64,000 nt of DNA, taken from an uncultured Acidobacteriota bacterium. Its GTDB lineage: Bacteria; Acidobacteriota; Thermoanaerobaculia; Gp7-AA8. The DNA is taken from assembly GCA_963822445.1 (NCBI GenBank), contig CAWGHO010000002.1, positions 2,112,001 to 2,176,000 of the forward strand, read 5' to 3'. Position numbers and translations under genes: made by a program. The notes under the pieces were generated by a model, which saw only the letters and a list, made by a program, of their open reading frames with translations, was not told the origin of the DNA and ran no database searches. Shown piece after piece: positions 52,443 to 61,058 of this stretch; positions within the stretch are counted from its first letter, which is position 1, and every line of letters starts with the position of its first letter.

Positions 52443-53390
52443 GTGTCTCCAAAACTATCATTCTTCATCAGTTACGCACACGCCGACCGATCACTTGCGG
52501 TAGCTATTGCCGATGAACTTGAGCGTGCTGGTATGCGCGTGTGGGTCGATGAAGGCGAGTTGCGCGCTGGGGATTCGATCGTAGAGCGCATCGCCGATGC
52601 TGTCGACCAGGTAGACTTTGTCGTAGCGCTCGTCACGCGACGCGCTGTAGCCTCGAATTGGTGCAAGAAGGAATTGGCGCTCGCGATACAGGGAGGCTTG
52701 CGCGAGGGCAGCGTCCGATTGTTGCCATTGCGGGTTGACGACGTTGAGATGCCTCCGTCGTTACGTGATCTTTTCCACCTTCATGTCGATTCTCGGAACC
52801 CTATGCCCGTCGTACGTAAGCTCGTCGCCGACGCGTGGTCGCATTTTCGTGAACAGCAGTTGGATTCATGCTTTCTCGGCAGAGTTGTGTCAGTTTTACA
52901 ACCGACAACAACTCTCAGCGCCGAGCGACAGCAAGCACTAAAGCTTGCTCTGCGTAGCAATGACGACGACTACAACTCGGCCGCGCGCGCTGAAAAATTG
53001 CTAGCGAAGGATCTAAGTGTGCCAGCCGCTGAAATTCTTTACGAAGATGCATTGGATGACGCATTAACCGATCGTAACGCTGGCTTCGGCGTATCGGGGC
53101 TCGCAAGGCTTGGTCCGCTGGCCGCGCCGTGGCTGTATCAAATGCTGAGCCATGACGATGATCGTGTCGTCCGTGACGCTTTTGACGCTCTCGCGCATAC
53201 ACGTTCGATAATTTTCTCCGATATGCGGGAATACCTGCTGGATACCATCGATGCTATTGTTAAACACGCGGATTGGTCCGCCTGCGCAAAGAGATTGAAA
53301 GAGTCGTGCAGTGACGAAGATAGAACGGACAGGCTAGCGTTCATGCTGGGCTACGCAAGCGACTACCGCAGGAACTTTGCCAAAGGCTAA
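52443..53390 (+). CDS. C36: TIR domain + helical (HEAT-like) C-terminus
   Basis: FFISYAHAD, VWVDEGEL..GDSI, SNWCKKEL; GGAG RBS. Confidence 0.85.
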   Translation: MSPKLSFFISYAHADRSLAVAIADELERAGMRVWVDEGELRAGDSIVERIADAVDQVDFVVALVTRRAVASNWCKKELALAIQGGLREGSVRLLPLRVDDVEMPPSLRDLFHLHVDSRNPMPVVRKLVADAWSHFREQQLDSCFLGRVVSVLQPTTTLSAERQQALKLALRSNDDDYNSAARAEKLLAKDLSVPAAEILYEDALDDALTDRNAGFGVSGLARLGPLAAPWLYQMLSHDDDRVVRDAFDALAHTRSIIFSDMREYLLDTIDAIVKHADWSACAKRLKESCSDEDRTDRLAFMLGYASDYRRNFAKG

Positions 53391-53459
53391 TGGTTGTCGT
53401 GTCGCTGCGTCACAGCCAGAGACCAAGGGTGCAGGGTTACGCAACCGCCGGGACTCGCC

Positions 53460-53655
53460 GCCTAACTACTGCCCGAAGCTGTCACGGCCCGGCTTCGGTC
53501 CGGCGGCCGAGCCGCCTACTTCAGCGCCAGCTTCACGGCGTCACGCCGGTTGCAGATCGGCAGGCGTTGCATCAACTTCTCGCCGGCAACCGCCGTGCCG
53601 CTGGGGCTTCGGCACGTGGGCCCTGGCCGTGCAGCTTAGGCGATGGACGTTAGCC
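53460..53655 (+). repeat. attC 36 (family C)
   Basis: GCCTAAC...GTTAGCC. Confidence 0.9.
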
Positions 53656-53905
53656 GGATGTCCATCGAGCTTGCCGAGTAGCGTGTTTTCTATGAACCGT
53701 GAGTTCACGTTCCCATTGGCGTTAGATTCTTTCCGGACCGAACCGCGTCGAACGCCTCTCCACGCTTCTCCGACGGTGCCGTTTGACCTCAACTCGGGTC
53801 GTTTGGCGGTCAGGGCACGCGCATCGCGACACGCCCGATGCTCCAGACAGCCCGCGACGGCCGCGAAGGCTTCCTCGCCGCTCGGACCTGCGATACCGTA
53901 AGACC

Positions 53906-54393
53906 GTGGCGCCATCAACGTATCTAGACAGCAACGTGATCAGCTACCTCACAGCTCGGCCAAGCCGCGACGTGGTAAACCTTGCGCATCAGCAAGTTAC
54001 GCGTGAGTGGTGGGACCGGCCTGGGACCGGCACCGGCATGGTTTCGAGCTGCACGTCTCGGAACTCGTGCTGTTCGAGATCGGTCGAGGCGACGCCGGGG
54101 CGGCGCAAGCACGTCTCCAACTGGTTCAGGGGCTACCGGTGCTGCAAGTTACCAACCCGGCACGTGCTCTGGCTGATCGTATCTTCCGAGCGACGACGCT
54201 TCCGGACAAGGCGGCGTCAGACGCACTCCACGTAGCGATCGCGGCGGTGAACGGTATGGATTTTCTGTTGACGTGGAACTGTACTCATATCGCGAACGGC
54301 GTGGTTCTGAAGATCGTTAACGCAGTCTGCCGCGAGAACGGCTATGAACCACCAATTGTCTGTACTCCAGAGGAGCTGCTGACGTCATCATGA
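53906..54393 (+). pseudogene. C37: PIN-domain toxin frameshifted by an 11-nt duplication
   Basis: [15 protein letters not shown] in one frame and SELVLFE..DALHVA..LLTWNCTH in another; tgggaccggc duplicated at 54011 and 54022. Confidence 0.8.
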
Positions 54394-54587
54394 ATGCCAT
54401 AGATGAAGATCCTGTCGTTGCAGAAATCCGGGCAGTCCGTCGCGAGCTATCGGAGCGTTTCGGCGACGATATTGACGCTCTTTGTGATTTCCTTGTCGAA
54501 CAAGAGCAGAAGCACACAGACCGTTTGGTAAATCATCCACCGAAGGCTCTGCAGCGGGCAACCGAAAGTAGAATCTGCACCGGCTAA
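54390..54587 (+). CDS. C37: small antitoxin-like partner
   Basis: DPVVAEIRAVRRELS; overlaps the PIN stop. Confidence 0.75.
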   Translation: MNAIDEDPVVAEIRAVRRELSERFGDDIDALCDFLVEQEQKHTDRLVNHPPKALQRATESRICTG

Positions 54588-54777
54588 CTACTGCCAGCAG
54601 CGGACGGCGGGCCGTTCGTTGGCCCGGCGGCCGAGCCGCCTCCAGCACTCAAAGCCGCACGGCGTCACGCCGCCTGCAGCTCGCGCCCGCCGAGAGCTCG
54701 TTAGTTGCGGCAAGCGGCGCGCCGCTTCCTGCTAGGCACTCGGGGCCTCGCCGCCGCTGAGGCGATAGACGTTGGGC
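54582..54777 (+). repeat. attC 37 (family B)
   Basis: GGCTAAC...GTTGGGC. Confidence 0.9.
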
Positions 54778-55074
54778 GGACTCCGCACGAAGACGTAGGC
54801 CCGACTTCTATTTTCGCGCTGGCAGTCGCACCGACTGAAGCGGCAGAGCCGCGCGCCAAGGCGTCCGCCACAATTGTCCGTCGTGGCTCCCGCCCGTCCA
54901 CCGGCTTGTCGCGCCTGCAGCGCGCGCGAAGCTGATTTTTCGTGGGTTTGTCGCAATCTCCGCGAAAGTCACCATCCAAGCCGGCCTGTCGGCCGAGCAC
55001 GCATTCCGCGTCCATCACCATTCGGCGCGCGCGCTGCTCCCAAGCGCAGAAGCTTATGCGTGTGGCCGCCCAAC
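54771..55074. ncRNA. C38: ORF-less cassette family Y, copy 3
   Basis: Same scaffold as C28. Confidence 0.6.
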
Positions 55075-55257
55075 AACTCACAGCAGCTGTCGCGGCCCGG
55101 CTTCGGCCCGGCGGCCTAGCCGCCTAGGCCGAACAGTACCGGCGCGGCGTCACGCCGGCTGCAGTTCGGTTCGTTCGCTAATCGCCGGCAGCCGGCGCGC
55201 CGCCCTGCCGTAGCCACGCGGGCCCTGGCCGCGCAGCTGAGTGAGATGACGTTGGGC
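55068..55257 (+). repeat. attC 38 (family D, Y-specific)
   Basis: GCCCAAC...GTTGGGC. Confidence 0.9.
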
Positions 55258-55306
55258 GGACGCAGGCACGCTCGTCTATACTCTGTCCGGCGAAAGGAAC
55301 CATCGG

Positions 55307-55849
55307 ATGAGCGGTGAGGCGCGGATCAAGCTATCGATCCGGGATGGGGTACTCGAGATCGAAGGGTCGGAGGCCTTTGTCTCCGCTCAGGCCGAAGCAT
55401 TCCGGGACGTCGTAGCTTCGCTGCTTCACCGCCCGCACGACGGCGGCGCCGACAATCAAAGTCGCGTGGCGTCCCAGCAGGAATCCGCCGGAGGACAAAC
55501 CCACGCCGGCGCGCTATCCGATTACGACAGCGTATTTGTGATGGCGGACGGCAAGGTGCAGATTCTGCAAGGCATACCCGGCAATGGTAAGGCGGGGAAA
55601 ACCATGAATGCCGCGTTGCTGTGTTTGTACGCCAACGAACTCCAAGGCAACACCGAGGTTGGTTTTGACACTATTCGTGACCTGTGTCAGGCGCACGGCT
55701 TTCTCGACGGCTCCAACTTCGCCGCAACGCTGAAAGATGCGAAAGAGTATCTCATCGTGACGGGAAGCAGTAGACGCCTCATGGCGAAACTGACGGTCCC
55801 TGGACGCAAGGAGGCCCAGCGCTTGGCTGATGGTCTGAAAACGGCGTGA
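55307..55849 (+). CDS. C39: hypothetical protein (N-terminal LEIEG motif, C-terminal wHTH-like)
   Basis: IKLSIRDGVLEIEGSEAFV; ...KLTVPGRKEA; AAGGA RBS. Confidence 0.75.
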   Translation: MSGEARIKLSIRDGVLEIEGSEAFVSAQAEAFRDVVASLLHRPHDGGADNQSRVASQQESAGGQTHAGALSDYDSVFVMADGKVQILQGIPGNGKAGKTMNAALLCLYANELQGNTEVGFDTIRDLCQAHGFLDGSNFAATLKDAKEYLIVTGSSRRLMAKLTVPGRKEAQRLADGLKTA

Positions 55850-56592
55850 AAGCGGAAGGCCTTCTCAAAGCAAAATATCCGGCCGCGCTCGTGGACGCGC
55901 TTCTCGCTGCCTACCTCGAGATCGAACGCAACTATGTGCTCAAGAAGTGGAAGGCGAGCGAGCTGGATTCCGGACATTTTGTTGAGGCGTCGCGACGCAT
56001 CCTTGAGCACGAGCTCACCGGTTCTCATACTCCACTAAACCGCGCGCTCTCCTCATTTACTGACGCTGTTTTGAAGCAGTTCGAGAGCGCGACCGGTGAC
56101 GAGTCGCTCCGTCTTCTAATTCCACGAGCGCTTAAGGCTATCTACAACATCCGTAACAAACGCGGCGTCGGTCATATCGGAGCCGTGTCTCCGAACGAAA
56201 TGGATTCAACGTACATCCTATACACGTGCAAGTGGGTTCTGGCCGAGCTCGTGCGGCTCGCGTCGGGTCTTCAGCCGCACGAGACCCAGCATGTTATGGA
56301 TACGATTGTCGAGCGGCGCATCAGCGTTCTCTGGAAGGAAGCCGACGTCACGGCGGTGCTCGACCCTGGCATGTCAGCCAAAGAGCAGGCCTTGGTTCTG
56401 CTGTACGACCAAAGTCCTCAAGCGGAAGACGAACTCCGCGCGATAACGGAGTACAAGAATCCCTCGAAGTTTCGCGCGCTGCTGAAGGAGCTGCACCGGA
56501 AGAAGTTAATCTTCCGTGCTGACACTGGTAAGTGCATTATCCTGCCGCCGGGAATCACGGAGGCGGAGCGCATTCTCGCGTCCAGAAGGTAG
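55846..56592 (+). CDS. C39: HEPN-like protein with a C-terminal wHTH-like domain
   Basis: GHFVEASRR...IYNIRNKRGVGH; overlaps the upstream stop. Confidence 0.75.
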   Translation: MKAEGLLKAKYPAALVDALLAAYLEIERNYVLKKWKASELDSGHFVEASRRILEHELTGSHTPLNRALSSFTDAVLKQFESATGDESLRLLIPRALKAIYNIRNKRGVGHIGAVSPNEMDSTYILYTCKWVLAELVRLASGLQPHETQHVMDTIVERRISVLWKEADVTAVLDPGMSAKEQALVLLYDQSPQAEDELRAITEYKNPSKFRALLKELHRKKLIFRADTGKCIILPPGITEAERILASRR

Positions 56593-56596
56593 CGCC

Positions 56597-56786
56597 GCCC
56601 AACTACTGCCAGAAGCTGGCAGCGGGCCGTTTGCCGCGCCCGGCGGCCGAGCCGCCTACCGCGTCGCGAGACGCATGGCGTCACGCCGCTTGCAGATCTC
56701 GTCTTTCGTGAATCGCGGCAAGCGGCGCGCCGCTCTACCCGCACGCGCGCGGGGCCTCGCTGCAGCTTAGGCGATAGACGTTAGGC
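56597..56786 (+). repeat. attC 39 (family B)
   Basis: GCCCAAC...GTTAGGC. Confidence 0.9.
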
Positions 56787-56877
56787 CGACAAACATGCCT
56801 TAGCGTTGATGCGCGCAATCTATGAAGCTCTGCGCACTTGCACGTCGAGTCCTTCTTCGCATGGTCGTTCCTTCGCG

Positions 56878-57220
56878 GCACGTTCCCCCTCGCAGCTGAC
56901 CGTGTCGCGAGAAGGCGGGCCGCGACCAGCAAAACGCGCCTCCCGCATGCGCAAGCGTTCAGCTGGTCCCTTCACACCCGCCCACCACCCGCGGTAGACC
57001 GGCTGAACGCTTGCGCATCACAACCACCCGGCGCACGCTCGTCGCGGCCCTGACTTCGCGCAACACCCTCCCTCGCGCGTGGAACTCACGAATGCGTGCG
57101 TGACACGGCGGTTGCACATCGCTCATGCCGGAGGTCACCTTCGTCGCGGCAACCGCCGCGCCACGGCAGAGGAGCGTGAATTCGACGCGCTCCCACCCGT
57201 GCCGACGCTGCTCCCGCCCT
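56878..57220. ncRNA. Structured non-coding element X, copy 4 (in C40)
   Basis: 22-bp stem 56947-56968/56997-57018 with one G-T pair. Confidence 0.6.
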
Positions 57221-57247
57221 GGAAGCCAGGAGATACCGCAAGCGACT

Positions 57248-58222
57248 TTACTCGTGCGTCTCACGAGGCGGAGGTCGAAGCAACACAGACATCATCTTCT
57301 CGAAGGTGTATGGAAGCGCAAGGCCCGCCGCGCCTACCACTAGGACGGCGAGTAACGAATAAACGACCGTCGACGCCACGTCGCCCTTTTCCGAGAATGC
57401 GATGACCTGGCTCGTTAGCCATTGAACGATTGCAGCCACAGCACTACCTACTGCCACCAACATTCCTACGGATCGCACACTTCTCGTCACCCGGATGGAC
57501 TTGGCCGATTCGGCGCGCGCGAGAAGAAACTCCTGGAACCTCTGCCGCATCACCAATGCTAGCCAACCGCTCAACAAGAAGTGGTAGTACACGAGATCGT
57601 GCTTGGTCCTCGGCGACGGCCAGTCGAACTCTGAGCGATTGTAAAACTCAAACTTTGTATCGATAAAACTCACATCAAATTGTTGAAAGACGGCCGCTGT
57701 GCGATTCGCGCGTTCTTCGACAGAGCCGTAGATATGAAAAAGTTCCTCGGATGTGTATGAGTACAGGATCATCCGCGTTTCCGAAGCGAGGAATGTTCCC
57801 ATTGACCGGCGACGGGAGGAGTCGACACGTCCATCGCCCACGTACGCGTGCAACGCGCGAGAGAGATCCGCCGTGGTGAGGATTCGGTCGCGCACGTCAT
57901 CTTCGTAGGGCTTATCGCGGCCCTGTGAGTGCGCGGCTGCGTTGGCCTCCTTGAGAGCCTCATCGAGCACATATCCGTAGTCAGCGACGACCAGGTCGAT
58001 ACCGCCGCGCACGGCTACGGCAATCTCGTCTAAGGTCTGTTGCGAGATGAGGAAACCCTTGTCGCTCTTTTCAACGCAAATTTGTACGGGTAGCAGGTCC
58101 AGTCGCCATTCGTCGCCGGCGAATTGATGCTCAATCAGCTTCATTCGGCCATGAATACGGTCCAGTAACTTTTGGTCATCCTCCAGAAGGAGAACGCGAT
58201 AACTCTGCAACGCCATAATCAC
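57248..58222 (-). CDS. C40: receiver-like domain + C-terminal 2TM
   Basis: RVLLLEDD...IDLVVADY...ILYS; two terminal hydrophobic helices. Confidence 0.7.
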   Translation of the reverse strand: MIMALQSYRVLLLEDDQKLLDRIHGRMKLIEHQFAGDEWRLDLLPVQICVEKSDKGFLISQQTLDEIAVAVRGGIDLVVADYGYVLDEALKEANAAAHSQGRDKPYEDDVRDRILTTADLSRALHAYVGDGRVDSSRRRSMGTFLASETRMILYSYTSEELFHIYGSVEERANRTAAVFQQFDVSFIDTKFEFYNRSEFDWPSPRTKHDLVYYHFLLSGWLALVMRQRFQEFLLARAESAKSIRVTRSVRSVGMLVAVGSAVAAIVQWLTSQVIAFSEKGDVASTVVYSLLAVLVVGAAGLALPYTFEKMMSVLLRPPPRETHE

Positions 58223-58291
58223 GGAACGATAGCATACGGTGTGTCGCGCGGTGGGAACCGATGTCGTCCGGAGGACCAGAAGCGGTCAGCG

Positions 58292-58489
58292 GCCTAACTA
58301 CTGCCAGCAGCGGACGGCGGGCCGTTCGCCGCGCCCGGGGCTGAAGCCCCTCGTTCGTCCCGAGATGCACGGCGTCACGCCGCTTGCAGATCGCGCCCGC
58401 CGACAATCGCGTTGGTTGCGGCAAGCGGCGCGCCGCTTATCCCGCATGCGTCGGGGGCCTCGCCGCCGCTGAGGCGATAGACGTTCGGC
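58292..58489 (+). repeat. attC 40 (family B)
   Basis: GCCTAAC...GTTCGGC. Confidence 0.9.
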
Positions 58490-58892
58490 GGACTTGAACA
58501 CGAGGTGTCGGGCCTTCAGGAGATAGAAATTCGCGAAAGAAGACCCGTGTGAAGAGCCGTGGCAATCGGTGTTCTACAACACGTGGAGTTTGTCGATCCT
58601 CTCGCTGCTTCTCCCTCGGAGACGCTGAGCGATGTTGCATCGGCGCGCAGATCTCATAGGATCTGCCAGCGTCGCGCGCGCGATCTTGGTGTACGGCTGT
58701 ACACCCGCGTTCATGGGAACCCGGGTTCCACTCTCTTTGAGAATCTTACTACCCGTCGTCCGTCGAGCTCGTAGAAACAATGGGGACGCGTGGACGTAGT
58801 CGCTTCTTGAACGCGCCGACAAGCCCGGGTCTCTTTCCGCGGTCTACACTGCGTAGATCGTCGCAGGGGCCGCGGTTCCTCGAGAGGCAATC

Positions 58893-59219
58893 ATGAAGAA
58901 AGCGTACGCATTCCTCGCACTTCTCGGCGCATTACTACCACTTTCCGTACTTTTGCCCTGGGTCCTCGCACACGGCTTTGCGCCGCGCCGGTTCATCGGG
59001 GATCTCTTCGTAAACCGCGTGAGTGGGTTCTTCGCCATGGACGTTGCTGTCTCGGCGGTTGTCGTCGCAGTCTTTGCGTACGCGGAGGCAAGAAGCGGCC
59101 GGTTGAGAAGGCCGTGGGTCCCTATCTTGGCCACGCTCCTCATCGGTGTCTCTTGCGGGCTACCGTTACTGTTCTGGGCGCGCGAGACTTCGGGCGAGCT
59201 TCCTCGCCGCACAAGCTGA
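58893..59219 (+). CDS. C41: DUF2834-like membrane protein
   Basis: LFVNRVSGFFAMDV...GVSCGLPLLFWARE. Confidence 0.8.
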   Translation: MKKAYAFLALLGALLPLSVLLPWVLAHGFAPRRFIGDLFVNRVSGFFAMDVAVSAVVVAVFAYAEARSGRLRRPWVPILATLLIGVSCGLPLLFWARETSGELPRRTS

Positions 59220-59300
59220 TCGGTATTGCATCGGCCGACACTGCAAAGAAGGTGGTGGGCGCGTCTCTTTATCGGGCGCACGAGTACAGTCGATCGAGCC

Positions 59301-59500
59301 GCCGAACTACTGCCAGGAGCTGTCGGCGGGCCGTTTGCCGCGCCCGGCGCTGAAGCGCCTCGTTTGTCCTTGAATGGCCGGCGTCACGCCGGCCGACATG
59401 CTCTCGCGCCGCTGATCGCGGCGCGACTCTCTGCAGCCGTCGCGCCGCGCACCCGCTCGCACGCGGGGCCTCGCCGCAGCTCAGGCGATAGACGTTAGCC
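59301..59500 (+). repeat. attC 41 (family A)
   Basis: GCCGAAC...GTTAGCC. Confidence 0.9.
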
Positions 59501-59677
59501 GGTCGTGACTTCGAGTGCCCGTGACTTGCTCGTGCGAAGGAGCGAGGCGAGTGTGTGGATCCGCGTCGGAGGCATGGCGTGTCGTTGGCTCACTTTCGAA
59601 CGTGCGACGCTTCCGGCACGACGCATCTGCCGTCCCCCTTTGGGATTGATTGGTTGGCCCGACGTATACTTCGCGCC

Positions 59678-60569
59678 GTGAAAAGACCAAAGATCTTCAT
59701 CAGCCATGCATCCGAAGATCGATCTTTCGTGGAGCAGTTGGTTGCTCGCTTGAAGTTAGACGGCGTCGACACGTGGCTGGACACCGTAGAGATTCGTGTG
59801 GGTGATTCGATCTATGAAAGGATCAACGCCGGTCTCGAGCAATCTGACTTCTTTGCTGTAGTGCTCAGCAATGCCAGTGCTGCTTCGGAATGGGTCCTGA
59901 ATGAGTTGGCCTCCGCTACGTCGCTTGAGAAGCTGCGTAAGCGCAAGGTGTTTGTGTTGCCAATCCTTTTGAACGAATGTGACGTGCCCCCTCTGCTACG
60001 CGACCGCCGGGTTGCGAACTTCAAAGAAGATTTCGACTCTGCGTATCAGGAGTTAATCGATGCCATTCGGCACCACTACGCCGAGCATCATCCGGACGTT
60101 GACATCTCCAAGCTAAAGATGGGTGAGTTGAGCGAGGCAGTAGTCGAAGACGCTGCGCGAGATCCGCGGCACCTGCAACGGCTCGCCCCGCGGCATTTTG
60201 AGGAGCTCGTGTCTAAGTTGCTGTCTCGGGCCGGGTATCAGACCGAACTAAACTCCGTCCTTCTCCGGAGCGTGGCGGGACATCATTGCCACACGCGAAG
60301 CCCTGCTGCCGGGACTGGCCTCCGACCGCTTTCACGTGACATGCAATTCCTATATACGACCGATTCGCCCGGCCGAAATCGCATTGCTCGCTCTGCGTGA
60401 TCGTGACAACGAAACTAAGCTGGTCCTCGTTACCCGATCTAAGCTCACGCGAGAAGCTCAGGAAGCAGCTGCGAAACTCGGAATCGACTTGATTGACGCG
60501 CAGACACTGGGCGAATGGATTCGAAAGCTCCTCGATGTGCGACGTGGGGCGCGCGGCGACGCCGGCTAA
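59678..60569 (+). pseudogene. C42: TIR + Mrr-like nuclease fusion, frameshifted near 60270-60280
   Basis: IFISHASED..SEWVLNEL; PRHFEELV; continues in another frame as DIIATR...VLVTRSKLT...IDLIDA and ends at TAA in R''. Confidence 0.7.
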
Positions 60570-60762
60570 CTACTGCCAGGAGCTGTCGGCGGGCCGTTCG
60601 CCGCGCCCGGCGCTGAAGCGCCTCGTTCAGCGCTGATTGGCCGGCGGCACGCCGGCCGACACGCTCTCGCGCCGCTGGTCGCGGCGCGAACACGGCAGCC
60701 GTCGCGCCGCGCAACCGCACGCACGCGGGGCCTCGCCGCAGCTCAGGCGATAGACGTTGGGC
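60564..60762 (+). repeat. attC 42 (family A)
   Basis: GGCTAAC...GTTGGGC. Confidence 0.9.
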
Positions 60763-61058
60763 GGACCCGGCACGAAGAGGTAGGCCCGACTTCCATTTAC
60801 GCGTTGGCAATCGCACCGACTGAAGCGGCGGAGCCGCGCGCCAAGGCGTCCGCCACCATTTTTCGTCGTGGTACCCGCCCGCCCGCCGGCTTGTCGCACT
60901 TGCAGCGCGCGCGGAGCAGCGATTTGCGTAGGCCGGTGCCCACAAAACTCGAGACGCAACGACGTAGCGGGCCTTCGGCCACGCGCGCTCCGCGTCGTGC
61001 ACTATTCGGCGCGCGCGCTGCTCCCAAGCGCGCAAAGTTGTGCGTCTGGCCGCCCAAC
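60756..61058. ncRNA. C43: ORF-less cassette family Y, copy 4
   Basis: Same scaffold as C34. Confidence 0.6.

Noticed and set aside
38185-57220. Element X as a group IIC-attC intron or IS/MITE
   Set aside because: No RT or transposase ORF, no recognisable intron domain V or GUGYG end, no terminal inverted repeats or target duplications, and it is not inserted inside an attC.
58559-58774. Possible PIN-toxin remnant (ARDLGVRLYT)
   Set aside because: Only one short motif; insufficient support.
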